The notes beneath the pieces are model-generated. The model was not told the origin of the DNA and did no database searches. It saw only the letters and a list, made by a program, of their open reading frames with translations. From Thermoguttaceae bacterium (GTDB lineage: Bacteria; Planctomycetota; Planctomycetia; Pirellulales; Thermoguttaceae): DNA of 64,000 nucleotides. This document shows, piece after piece, positions 27,956 to 37,399 of this stretch. The DNA lies in NCBI GenBank assembly GCA_029975295.1, contig JARKPK010000029.1, positions 49,047-113,046 on the forward strand, given 5' to 3'. Both the position numbers and the translations under genes were made by a program. The first letter of the stretch is position 1. The number at the start of each line of letters is the position of its first letter.

Positions 27956-29269
27956 TCACACCAACTTCGTCACGCCGGGAATAGCGATCGGATACTTGCC
28001 GTCGGGGCCGGGCAAAATCGGCGGTTCGGCGTCGAAGGCGTATTGCTTCGGCGACAAATCCTCTTTCGACGCCAGGGCCTCGTCCCAGGTAATCCGCTTG
28101 CCGGTGTAGGTCGTCATGCGGCCCAAGATGCCCATCATCGTGCTCAGGGCCATGTAGCGCCCGTTGTTGATCGGCTTGCCGGCGCGGATTGCGGCGAACA
28201 GTTCTTGATGCTCGATATCGTACATATTGCCGCCCGGGCCCTCGTGCCGCCACTTGGTTTCGCCCTCGATCGTGTGCTTGAGGATGTTCGCCCGCCCCTT
28301 GCTGCCGATGACGATTGCCGAGTTCTCGTTCCAACAGTTGGCCATCTGACGACAGTACGAATACATCGTAACCGGCGGCGTGCCGGTCCACTCGTACACC
28401 ACCGCATGATGGTCGTAGATGTTGCCGAACTTCGGATCGGTGCGCACCTGACGGCCGCCCGTGCCCCAAGCCACCGCCGGGGGCTGATCGTGCATCACCC
28501 ACAACCCTTTGTCTAGGGTGTGAACGTGCTGCTCGACGTTGAAGTCGCCCGAGAGCCAGGTGAAGTAGTACCAGTTGCGCAACTGGAAGGTCATTTCGCT
28601 CCAGTCGGGCTGACGCGGACGTTCCCAAAGCAGTCCGGTGTTGAAATACGCCTGAACGGCCAGCACGTCGCCGATGGCGCCGTCGTGAATCCTCTTGATC
28701 GTTTCGCGCACGCCGTACTGATAACGCCAACACAGGCCGGAAACGAGATTCAACCCCTTCTTCGCCGCTTCTTCCGCGGTGGCCAAAATGCTCCGGACGC
28801 CGGGGGCGTCAACCGCCACGGGCTTTTCGCAGAACACGTGCTTGCCGGCCTCGATGCACGTTTTCAGGTTCCGCGGCCGAAAGTGCGGCGGCTCGGCCAG
28901 CAGCACGACATCGACCCCGCTTTGCACCAAACGCTCGCAACAGTCGAGTCCGACGAACCGGTGATCGGCATCGACCGCGACCCGGTCGGCGAACCGCTTT
29001 TGCAGCCCGGACAGGCTCGATTCGAGCCGATCGCCAAAGGCGTCGGCCACAGCCACCAGCTTGGCCCGCTTGTCGGCGTCAAGCGCGTTGGCGGCCGCAC
29101 CGGTGCCCCGGCCGCCGCACCCGACCAATCCCACACGAAGCCAATCGTCGGCCCCGGCCGCATGGGCCGACCGCGCCAGCGACAGCCCGCCGGCCGCTGC
29201 CGCGGCCCCGACCGCCGTGCTGGTGCGAACGAAATCCCTCCGCGTCATTCCCGTTGGCTTGCTCATCAT
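27956..29269 (-). CDS. TAT-exported Gfo/Idh/MocA-family oxidoreductase
   Basis: MMSKPTGMTRRDFVRTSTAVGAAAAAGGLSLARSAHA is a twin-arginine signal. A Rossmann GLVGCGGRG follows, with EKP, the conserved oxidoreductase region, and a C-terminal alpha/beta domain. A GGGAG Shine-Dalgarno lies 6 nt before the ATG. Confidence 0.85.
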   Translation of the reverse strand: MMSKPTGMTRRDFVRTSTAVGAAAAAGGLSLARSAHAAGADDWLRVGLVGCGGRGTGAAANALDADKRAKLVAVADAFGDRLESSLSGLQKRFADRVAVDADHRFVGLDCCERLVQSGVDVVLLAEPPHFRPRNLKTCIEAGKHVFCEKPVAVDAPGVRSILATAEEAAKKGLNLVSGLCWRYQYGVRETIKRIHDGAIGDVLAVQAYFNTGLLWERPRQPDWSEMTFQLRNWYYFTWLSGDFNVEQHVHTLDKGLWVMHDQPPAVAWGTGGRQVRTDPKFGNIYDHHAVVYEWTGTPPVTMYSYCRQMANCWNENSAIVIGSKGRANILKHTIEGETKWRHEGPGGNMYDIEHQELFAAIRAGKPINNGRYMALSTMMGILGRMTTYTGKRITWDEALASKEDLSPKQYAFDAEPPILPGPDGKYPIAIPGVTKLV

Positions 29270-29541
29270 GCGTTCTCCCAAAGTGTTGCTCGCCAAACCC
29301 TCGCTTGTACGTGCGAAACTATCATGCCGGTTTGGGAAAAGCAAGCAGTTGTGCTCGTCGCCGAGTTGCCGGCGGTGGCCGCCCCGCCCAGGGCGCATAG
29401 AGCATCGACGTATGGGAATGGACCCCGATGGTCGTTTTGCCCAAGGCGCGGCAGCCGCACGCACAGAGAAAGAGCGTCTTGCCAGCGATCGGCCCTCGGT
29501 CGGGAGCACCTGCGCTCAGCAGCCGCCTCGGCGGCAACCCT

Positions 29542-30804
29542 TCACAGCCCGCGGGCGTAGCGCAGCAGGTCGCGATCGAGCTTGTCGATCGGGCCGAAAT
29601 GCCGCTCGAACTCGGCTCGACGCTGCTCGGGCCCGTCCTCAATCAACGGCGGCTTGGCGGAAACCAGCGCTACGTAGTCTAAGTAGGCCTTCGATCGCTG
29701 GTTGATCAGAAAGTAGGTCAGCAGCCAGGCCTCGGCATAGGCGTCGAGGCTTTGCCGAGCGTCGCGAAATCGGCGGTCGTCGTCGATCAACCGCGCCAAC
29801 GAGTCGGCCGGCCGGCGACGAACGTAGTCGCGCCACTGCGCCACCCGCGGCTGGTTGACCGCGCCGATCCCGCGCCAACCTTTGCTGCTCGAGAGGTCGG
29901 GCGTTTCGAAATAGATCGCCACGCCCTCGCAAAGCCACAGCGGCGTATCGCTCAGCCGCGTGTGCATGCCACAGTTGAAGGCGATTTGATGCGTCGCTTC
30001 GTGGATGATCGTGGCCACGGTGCGCAGCGATTCGCCCTGCGAAAGGCTGTCGTTGATCGCCGCCACGGTGGCCGCCCGCGACACCCCCCGCTGCCCGGCC
30101 CGGCCTGTCAGATCGAACATCACCATCCGGTTGGTCATCAGGTGATAGTAGCCGATCATCGAGTCAGCCGCGTCGCCCAGCGCCGGGCGCGAGTATTTCA
30201 GATAGTTCTTTTCATCGGCAAAAACGATCGCGCACAGCGGGAAAGGCGGATCGTGCAGCTTCAACCCTTTGCGCGTCCAATAATTGTGGAAGGCCATATA
30301 CAGCCGCTCGAACAACGCGCCGCACCATTGCGCATAGGCCCGAGACGTGTCGTAAAGAATGACGTAGTGGGCCGTCTGATAAACCTCGAAGCCCCGCGGC
30401 AGCTCGGCCGTGATCTGCCGGGCGTACTCGTCGGGCGCAAGGGCGGGCAACGCGGTCGGCAGCGCAGCGCGAGTAAGCTGTTGCCCCGGCGGGACCGCCC
30501 AGAGCACGCCGTCGCGTCCCTGGAAAAGCCAGCCGCCGTCTTGAGCGACCAGCACCATCCGGCCGGCGACCTTCCGCTGCGTTTGCTCGTCGGTGAACTC
30601 AACCTGCTCGCCGAAGGAAGCAGCCGCTGGGGCATCGCCCGACGCCGCCTGCTTGCCCGGCAACGGAATGCTCGCAACGGGTTCGCCCGCCGCGGCCGCT
30701 GACTCGCCTCCCGCCCCGCCGAACAGAAGAAACCCGACGACGCACGCAATGCACCATGCAGCGGCTGCCGCCGCAAGGGTCGCCCGCGCGATTCCCCGCC
30801 CCAA
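29542..30804 (-). CDS. Secreted DUF1570-like protein with HExxH-type motif (IIHEATHQ); putative metallopeptidase-like
   Basis: A hydrophobic signal/anchor (ATLAAAAAAWCIACVVGFLLFGG) and the HEATH motif are present. Family membership is from memory. The start is uncertain: a TTG at about 30804 is chosen, and the ORF track extends to 31110. Confidence 0.5.
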   Translation of the reverse strand: MGRGIARATLAAAAAAWCIACVVGFLLFGGAGGESAAAAGEPVASIPLPGKQAASGDAPAAASFGEQVEFTDEQTQRKVAGRMVLVAQDGGWLFQGRDGVLWAVPPGQQLTRAALPTALPALAPDEYARQITAELPRGFEVYQTAHYVILYDTSRAYAQWCGALFERLYMAFHNYWTRKGLKLHDPPFPLCAIVFADEKNYLKYSRPALGDAADSMIGYYHLMTNRMVMFDLTGRAGQRGVSRAATVAAINDSLSQGESLRTVATIIHEATHQIAFNCGMHTRLSDTPLWLCEGVAIYFETPDLSSSKGWRGIGAVNQPRVAQWRDYVRRRPADSLARLIDDDRRFRDARQSLDAYAEAWLLTYFLINQRSKAYLDYVALVSAKPPLIEDGPEQRRAEFERHFGPIDKLDRDLLRYARGL

Positions 30805-31273
30805 CGCCGAAAAAACGGCCGACGAAGCGCGGCAATGCCTCTCCCGCTGACACGATGTCGGCCCAGTCCGCTCCGCTGCCGTTGAACCGGCCAATGAACC
30901 GGCGTTCGATGCGCCGCTCTCCGTCGACCAATTCAGGCGTCTGGAAGCCGTGAAGCTGCAAACCAAGAAGAGAACTCGCGTCGGGCGGCCCTCCGTCTCG
31001 CGTGCCGAAGCAACCCGACGCAACGCGGTCGAAAGCGGCAGCGGCGACCGTTTTACGAACAATCTCTGCAACATCGCTGGTTCCCGCGCCGCCCTCCCCG
31101 AGCAACACACCCCTCTACCTTATCATACGCCAACACCGTGGGCTGATCGACCCGAAACGGATTCCCCACGGAAATACCGTGTTTGATGGCGCAAAGCCCG
31201 CGCGGTTTCCCAAACGGCAACCACGCAAGGCATCGCGTTTTCTGCACGATCGCGGCGACTCGGGCGCGGCGAC

Positions 31274-32728
31274 TCAGAACTGATCGGACCCGAAAAGTGA
31301 TTGCTCCACTTGGTCGGCCTGCCAGGCAATGGCCGACAACGCCCGGTTGATCTCGGGCATGCTCAAGGTTGCGGCCGGCAGATTGACCTGCAAGACGGTC
31401 ATTTCCTGTTCGCCCACCTTGCGAATGGCAAACGCTCCCAGCACCAGCGACATATTGAAGCGGAGCAGTTGCGCCGCGTTCTCCTCGCGGTAGGGGCCGC
31501 AGATCGACCAGCAGCCCACCCCGCCTGGCGCGCCGCCCGTTCCGCCGGAAAACTCGACATAAACCATCTGCTTGCGCATCGGGCCGACGGGCACGGCCAC
31601 ACGCCACGGCTGCGACGACTCATCGATCGAGTATCCGCCCGACGCAGCCGCCGCCCGCACCAGGCCCGGCGCATCGATCGCGCCGCCTTGCGGCGCAGCC
31701 GTCGCGCCGCCGAAGCCCATGCCGGCCATCCCCGGCGGCACTGCGCCCGGGCCCGCTCCCGGCGAAGCCGCGGCGGGCGGAGCGAACGGCGCGCCTGCGG
31801 GCGGCATCGGTTGCACCGGTTGCATCGGCGCCATCGGCGCTGCGGGGGCCGGATAGGGCTGGGCCCCAGCCGCTTGCTGCATCATCGCCTGTTGCATCAT
31901 GCCGGGCATCATCATGCCCATGCCTGCGCCCATGCCCATTGCCATCGCCCCGGCCCCCTGCCCGCCGGCGCCGGGCTGCTCGGCCATCCGGCTCATGCTC
32001 TGCGCGGTTTGGTAGCGGAGGTAAGCGTTCAGGTCGCCCAAGGCGCCCATGGCGCTGCGGGCGTCGATGGCCTTCTGGACTTCCTCGGGCGGGGTGATCG
32101 CGTTGATGAACAGATCGACCAAGCTCAAGCCGTACTGTTGAAACTCATCGGCCACCTTCGCGCGAACGGCCGAGGCCACCTCGTCGTATTTCGACGGCAA
32201 ATCCAGCAGCCCGATTCCCAACGTGCCCAACAGATCGGTCAATCGGGCGCAAATCAGGTCTTTCAAGTAGGCTGTGGCCGTCTCGGTCGTGTATTTCCCT
32301 TGGCTCCCAACCAAGGTGTTCACCAACAGAGCGCTGTCGGACACGCGGAACGAATACTTCCCGAAGGCCCGCAACCGCACCATGCCGAAGTCGCGGTCGC
32401 GGAAGGTGATCGGTTGCCGCGTTCCCCATTTCTGGTCGAGAAATGTCTGCTTGCCGATGTAATACACCTGGCACTGGAAGGGCGACTTTTCCCAGGGAAT
32501 CGTCAACAGCCGCGTGATGATCGGCACATTGGCCGTAGTGAGCGTGTGCCGGCCCGGCCCGAAACGGTCCATGGCCTTGCCGTCGCGGAAGAAGATCGCC
32601 TCTTGGTTGTCTTGCACAATCAGTTGGGCGCCAAACTTGATGTCGGTCGAGCCCTCCGGGGGAAAGCGCTCGACCAAGGACTGATTCCGCTCGTCGAAGA
32701 ATTGGATGACCTCTAAACGAATGCCCAT
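31274..32728 (-). CDS. SPFH/Band-7 (Band_7_1, YdjI-like) domain protein with Gly/Met/Pro/Ala-rich linker and a C-terminal ~120-aa domain of unknown function
   Basis: The N-terminal ~260 aa match the SPFH 'virion core protein-like' family ([12 protein letters not shown]...[23 protein letters not shown]...). An AAAGGG Shine-Dalgarno lies 6 nt before the ATG. The linker contains the run [53 protein letters not shown]. Confidence 0.75.
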   Translation of the reverse strand: MGIRLEVIQFFDERNQSLVERFPPEGSTDIKFGAQLIVQDNQEAIFFRDGKAMDRFGPGRHTLTTANVPIITRLLTIPWEKSPFQCQVYYIGKQTFLDQKWGTRQPITFRDRDFGMVRLRAFGKYSFRVSDSALLVNTLVGSQGKYTTETATAYLKDLICARLTDLLGTLGIGLLDLPSKYDEVASAVRAKVADEFQQYGLSLVDLFINAITPPEEVQKAIDARSAMGALGDLNAYLRYQTAQSMSRMAEQPGAGGQGAGAMAMGMGAGMGMMMPGMMQQAMMQQAAGAQPYPAPAAPMAPMQPVQPMPPAGAPFAPPAAASPGAGPGAVPPGMAGMGFGGATAAPQGGAIDAPGLVRAAAASGGYSIDESSQPWRVAVPVGPMRKQMVYVEFSGGTGGAPGGVGCWSICGPYREENAAQLLRFNMSLVLGAFAIRKVGEQEMTVLQVNLPAATLSMPEINRALSAIAWQADQVEQSLFGSDQF

Positions 32729-32906
32729 CGTCGCCCTTTCTAATGCCGAATGTCTAAGCCCATTTCACCTTCGCGGATGGCCGAAGCGGGGGGAACGGCA
32801 TTGCCGATCGCGCCCCAGTCGTTCCCTCGCGGGCGCACTGTTCCACTGAAGAACGTTCGTCCCCCCGACACTTTGCAGCGTCGCGGGCCTCGTTTCCGCC
32901 GTTCGC

Positions 32907-33416
32907 TCACAGGTCGCGCAACACGTTCTCGCGGCCGGCCACCCGTTCTTCGACCGCGGCCACCGCGGCCGTCAGCTCGTTGAACATTGCGGCGGCTTCG
33001 TTGGCCACGGCCGAGGAAGCGGCCTCCTCGATCTTCTTCGCCAGCAGTTCCACGTCCCACAGCAATTCGCTGTCGTATTGATACACGGCCTCGAGCCGCG
33101 CGGCGTCGATCTGCTGCCGGTCGAAAAAGGCGCTGTAGCCCCGCGGCGCGTTGCCCAAGCGGTTGATCAGCGTGTCTAGCCGGCGGCGAAGGCCGTCGAT
33201 CATCGGCAGCGCGTCGATCGCGCCGGCGGCCAGCCAGCGCTGCGACAGTCCGCCCAAAGCGGCCCCCGATCGGTGCAGCCGCTCGGCCAACGCGCGGCGC
33301 TGCGCCTCGTCGGCCGCCCGGCGATCCTCGCGTTCGAAATATCCGCGGAAGCCCGGCACCTGCCGCGCCATCCGCGACAACCAGTTCTCTTGCTTCGGTG
33401 CGAATCCGTCCGGCAT
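32907..33416 (-). CDS. Hypothetical helical protein, upstream partner of the SPFH gene
   Basis: The 169-aa ORF has no signal peptide, is Arg/Ala/Glu-rich and helical, and lies 178 nt upstream on the same strand as the SPFH gene. I recognised no domain. Confidence 0.5.
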   Translation of the reverse strand: MPDGFAPKQENWLSRMARQVPGFRGYFEREDRRAADEAQRRALAERLHRSGAALGGLSQRWLAAGAIDALPMIDGLRRRLDTLINRLGNAPRGYSAFFDRQQIDAARLEAVYQYDSELLWDVELLAKKIEEAASSAVANEAAAMFNELTAAVAAVEERVAGRENVLRDL

Positions 33417-33899
33417 GGCGGCATTCTCCCTTCGAGGTGTGCATCCGACCGCGGCGTTTTCCGACGGTCCGCGTTGTCAATCTATCACGTTGCAAACCGC
33501 GTCCGCAACGTCCCAAAGCGCGCCGGCACCCCCTTTTCTTCGTTCGAGCCGGCCGAAGATTGGCGGCGTGCAAGTCGGTTCGAGCCCGATTTCTGCCAAG
33601 TTGCCCATTTTGGCTCCCCTTCCAGGCAAACAAGATTCATCTTGGCCCAAGACGCCCCGCTTGGTATAAGTCGCCCCTGTTTTGCTCGATCGGCGATGGG
33701 CATCGCTCTGCAACGGTGTTGGGAGCGTTCGCCCCGGATCGGTTCGAGCCTAAGGGCCATCGGATGCGTTGCTGCTGATGGATGAGCCACCAGCGGGACC
33801 GCCCGGGTTCGCGCGCGGGCGATGCGCGGCATTGCCGGCGAGACAAGATGGCCCCCTGCTGCGACACACAACTCCGCACTGCCCCTTGCGAGACCGCGT

Positions 33900-34586
33900 A
33901 TGAGCCGTTTGATCCGCGACGATCGCCGATGGTTGGGCTTGGCGCTGCTGATGGCGATGATCGGCTGCAACGCCTTGCCCAACTGGGGACCGTTTCGGGA
34001 AGTGCCGGATCGACTGCCCGGCATGCCCACTCCGGCCGAGAAAATGGCGGCACTGAGGAAACTGGCCAAAGATGCGGGCGCTCGCAATGCCGAAGAAAAA
34101 CAACAGGTGGTTCACGACTTGACCAAAGCCATTCGCGAAGAGCCGGACGGCATGATCCGTGCCGAGATCATCAACACGCTGGCGCATTACCCGGCGCCGG
34201 CCTCCGATCAGGTGCTCCGATCGGCGCTGGACGACCCCGACACCGACGTGCGATTGGCGGCGTGCAAAGCCTGGGCCTACCGCGGCACGCCCGAAGCCAT
34301 CGAAATGTTGGCCTCGGCCGCGAAAAAAGACCAAGACAAAGACGTGCGCTTGGCCGCCGTCCGCGCCTTGGGCAAGTCGAAATCGCCCAGGGTTGTCCGC
34401 GAGTTGGGAGGGTTGCTCGACGACGGCGACCCTGCCGTGCGCTACGCCACGATCGGTTCCCTTCGACAAGTCACCGGGCAAGACCTCGGCGACCAGGTCG
34501 AGCCGTGGCGCCAGTACGTTCGAGGCGAAGCCCCGCCTGCCGTCAAAGCGCCCTCGCTGGCCGAACGATGGCGCAACATGTTTTGA
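33900..34586 (+). CDS. HEAT-repeat (PBS-lyase-like) lipoprotein
   Basis: MSRLIRDDRRWLGLALLMAMIGC carries the lipobox-like MIGC. Four to five DxDxxVRxxAxxAL HEAT-like repeats follow (DPDTDVRLAACKAW, DKDVRLAAVRALG, DPAVRYATIGSL). Confidence 0.6.
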   Translation: MSRLIRDDRRWLGLALLMAMIGCNALPNWGPFREVPDRLPGMPTPAEKMAALRKLAKDAGARNAEEKQQVVHDLTKAIREEPDGMIRAEIINTLAHYPAPASDQVLRSALDDPDTDVRLAACKAWAYRGTPEAIEMLASAAKKDQDKDVRLAAVRALGKSKSPRVVRELGGLLDDGDPAVRYATIGSLRQVTGQDLGDQVEPWRQYVRGEAPPAVKAPSLAERWRNMF

Positions 34587-34991
34587 TCGCATCCGCCCAG
34601 CGGCGCCGCCCCCCGCTTGACGCTCGAAATCACCCAACCACGAGTCCGGAAGATAGAAGGCCGATTGACGCCGACAAAGACCGATCTCGCCGTTGCCTTG
34701 CGATTTCGACGAACGATTGATGCCCGTACCGTCAGGCAGCGTCTGCCGACTGCACTACTGCCCCAACCAACCTACGTCGAAGGCCGACCCGCCGCCGTGG
34801 TGGGCCGCGACGATAAACCTGTTGAGACCGCAACCATGATTCTTGCCGCCGGTTCGACGACGAATCCTGCTGCGCCGGCGTTGCCGTCGCACGTCGAAAG
34901 CCGTAAGATAACCGCATCTGGGCCCGAAGGCCGCCCGCGTTTGCGCGTCATCGGCCCAGAATCAGCACTTCAGCCGTCTCTAGGATCGCCG

Positions 34992-35933
34992 ATGCACTCC
35001 GTGCGGTTTACCGATCAGCTCAAGGCCCTTCTCAGCATCGCCGCGAGGCTGAAAGAGGAGATTGACGCTGAGGCGCTGGTGGTGCTGCTGGAGGGAACGG
35101 CCGATTTCGTCAAGCTCAAGGGTTTGGTGGGCGAAACGAAGCTGATCGTGGCCGCCGACACAGCCGACCAGCTCAACGGTGTCGGCGAGGCAGGGCTGCT
35201 CTCGGTGCGGATCGACATGCCCGACGCCCCCATCTACGAACGCCTCTCGCAGGCCGTGCTGGAAGCCGTTGCCGACGACTTGCTTTCGCCCGGGGCGAAG
35301 GTCGTGGCGCTCTACAGCGGTTTCGACGTCGAGGCCCTCGATTCGATCAGCGTGATGGACCTCGACGAACACCTCAACCGGCTGACCGGCCGCGACTTGC
35401 GGCAGTTGGAAACCCGCGTCCCCCTCGACACGCTCAAACTGGTCGTCGATCTGGCCATCGAGATCGGCCGCGAAGGTCGCGAGGGCAAGCCGGTAGGTAC
35501 CCTCTTCGTCGTCGGCGACTCGCGCAAGGTGCTCGCCAGCAGCCATCCGACCGGATTCGACCCGGTGCGCGGCTACAGCCGCAAAGAGCGAAACCTCAAC
35601 GATCCTCGCGTTCGCGAGGGCATCAAAGAAATCGCGCAGATGGACGGGGCGATCATCGTCTCGGCCGACGCCGTGGTCGAGGCCGCCTGCCGCTACCTCG
35701 ATTGCTCGGCTGCCAACGTCACTCTCTCGAAGGGTTTGGGGGCGAGGCACTGGGCCGCCGCAGCCATCAGCCGCGCGACCAACGCCGTAGCCATCACCGT
35801 CAGCCAAAGCAACGGCACGGTGCGCATCTTCCAGAACGGCGAGGTCGTACTCCGCATCGAACCGCAACTGCGGCGACCGATGGTGTGGCGCGACTTCGAG
35901 TACGAGCCGCCCGAACCGCGTCACGAAGAATAG
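34992..35933 (+). CDS. Diadenylate cyclase (DAC/DisA_N domain) with N-terminal pyruvate-kinase-C-like alpha/beta domain
   Basis: DAC-domain motifs are present: TLFVVGDS...HPTGFDP...DPRVREGIKEIAQMDGAIIVS...LGARHWAAAAISRATNAVAITVSQSNGTVRIF. The ORF track starts at 34617, but the first 125 residues are low-complexity, so the ATG at 34992 is preferred. Confidence 0.7.
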   Translation: MHSVRFTDQLKALLSIAARLKEEIDAEALVVLLEGTADFVKLKGLVGETKLIVAADTADQLNGVGEAGLLSVRIDMPDAPIYERLSQAVLEAVADDLLSPGAKVVALYSGFDVEALDSISVMDLDEHLNRLTGRDLRQLETRVPLDTLKLVVDLAIEIGREGREGKPVGTLFVVGDSRKVLASSHPTGFDPVRGYSRKERNLNDPRVREGIKEIAQMDGAIIVSADAVVEAACRYLDCSAANVTLSKGLGARHWAAAAISRATNAVAITVSQSNGTVRIFQNGEVVLRIEPQLRRPMVWRDFEYEPPEPRHEE

Positions 35934-36086
35934 CCGGCGCGCATTCACCCCAAGAATGCCCGTGCGCCTTCACCTTCGGCGCGCCAGCATGCGGCAAGAC
36001 TCGGAATTCACCGAAACGGCCGATTGCATTGCCCGGGAACAGCCCGCAATCGTCGCACGGCGCCAGCCGACGGCCGTTCTGCGAGT

Positions 36087-36214
36087 CTTATAAGGGCCTT
36101 CAGCCCATCGGACGGTCCACGACCAGGTGAACAATGATTGCGCAACGGCCGACCGCCGCTCTTGAGGTATTAGAAGGGCATTCAGCCCATTGGACGGTCC
36201 ACGACCAAGTGAAC
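36087..36214. repeat. Imperfect 46-bp direct duplication (about 85% identity, 34-bp spacer); the second copy encodes the 3' end and stop of gene 36182..36826
   Basis: Copy 1 at 36087-36133 is CTTATAAGGGCCTTCAGCCCATCGGACGGTCCACGACCAGGTGAAC. Copy 2 at 36168-36214 is ATTAGAAGGGCATTCAGCCCATTGGACGGTCCACGACCAAGTGAAC. Both encode ...VHLVVDRPMG* on the minus strand. Confidence 0.7.
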
Positions 36215-36826
36215 CTCGTAGCGACGCAGCGGATCGGTCGATTGGATCACCGGGGCGGTGCGAATGCGCGCTAGGCCGTTCGTTTTGCCTGCTGGTGAGA
36301 GGGCCTCGAAGACCATCAGCGCCGGATCATTGGTCGGTCGATGCACCATGCCGAACCGGCTCAACACCCCGCGCAGCGCGGCCAGGTCGCCCGTGGTGCC
36401 TTTGAACATGATCCGCCGCAACTGGCGTTGCTGATCGAAGTAGTAGGTCAGCGAACCGGCCAGATCGGCCTGACCAGCCCCGGTCACCAGCGGCACCCGA
36501 TAGCCCATCAACTGCAAGTCGGCCAGCCCGGTAGAAACCCGCGGCCAACGGGCGACAACGGCCTCGGGCGTGATGTCGAATCGAAGGATTTCGTCGAGCC
36601 GGGCGGGCGGGCCCTCGACCGCCCAAGAGCCCCCGCCGGGAAGCCGGGGCTCTTCGGGCAGCAGCGGCGGGGCTGCGGCAATTTCGACGGGCAGCGCGTG
36701 CTCGCCAGCCGGCGCGGCGACCCACTGCCGCACCGTGTCGAACGTAGCCGGCGCGCGCGAAACGAGGTACGGCCCACCAGCCGCACCAATCAATCCCAAC
36801 GCTGCCAATGCGAACTTCTTGACCAC
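36182..36826 (-). CDS. Hypothetical secreted protein (214 aa)
   Basis: GTG start. The N-terminus MVKKFALAALGLIGAAGG is a signal peptide. I recognised no domain. Confidence 0.5.
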   Translation of the reverse strand: MVKKFALAALGLIGAAGGPYLVSRAPATFDTVRQWVAAPAGEHALPVEIAAAPPLLPEEPRLPGGGSWAVEGPPARLDEILRFDITPEAVVARWPRVSTGLADLQLMGYRVPLVTGAGQADLAGSLTYYFDQQRQLRRIMFKGTTGDLAALRGVLSRFGMVHRPTNDPALMVFEALSPAGKTNGLARIRTAPVIQSTDPLRRYEVHLVVDRPMG

Positions 36827-37150
36827 AGTCCCGCCCAGCCGCCCAGGGCACGCAACTCGCTCTCACATTCGCCCGAACCGCCACCGCCCGAGCCGCCCAC
36901 CGACTCAAGCAACGGCAATTCGCACATCGGACCGAATCCGACCGACACCGGCCCGACGGCGGCACGCCTCGTGCCCGAGTCGGCCCACTTCTCATTCTCC
37001 GCGGTTTCCTTGAGAATCGATCGGCCCTGATTAGAATCGACCGCCGCGCAGCGTCGGCTTTCACCAAGGCGATTCTCTCGCTGCACCTTGCATAACCCGA
37101 GCAAACGTCGGCGACGCAGCCGTGCACGCTCGGCCGACCGCGCCCCAACA

Positions 37151-37206
37151 CCCTTGCAAGAAGTGCGCAAGGGCAACTTGGGCCAACCTCGACGATGCGT
37201 TAGAAT
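37151..37206 (+). promoter_or_regulatory. Palindrome CCCTTGCaagaagtgcGCAAGGG followed by candidate promoter TTGGGC-17-TAGAAT upstream of the response-regulator gene
   Basis: A 7-bp inverted repeat lies at 37151-37173. TTGGGC is at 37178-37183 and TAGAAT at 37201-37206, with a 17-nt spacer. The site is about 190 nt upstream of the RR start. Confidence 0.25.
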
Positions 37207-37399
37207 ATCGCAATCGCAGCGGTTGTTTCGGGCGGCCGCCGACGAACGGCCTCGACCGCGGTCGGCATTGGGGCGGCAGCTTGGTCCCGCTGCCAAACGG
37301 CCCACAGCAAACGCCCGTGGCCGAACCGGCGCGCCGCGATTGCCGGCAGGCATCGTATCGCTGATGCCGCCAATGGATGACCAATGATGAGAGTGGCTT

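Noticed and set aside
33555-33590. Possible tRNA (a GGTTCGAGCC T-arm-like sequence)
   Set aside because: I found no acceptor stem or anticodon arm on either strand, so it is treated as a structural motif only.
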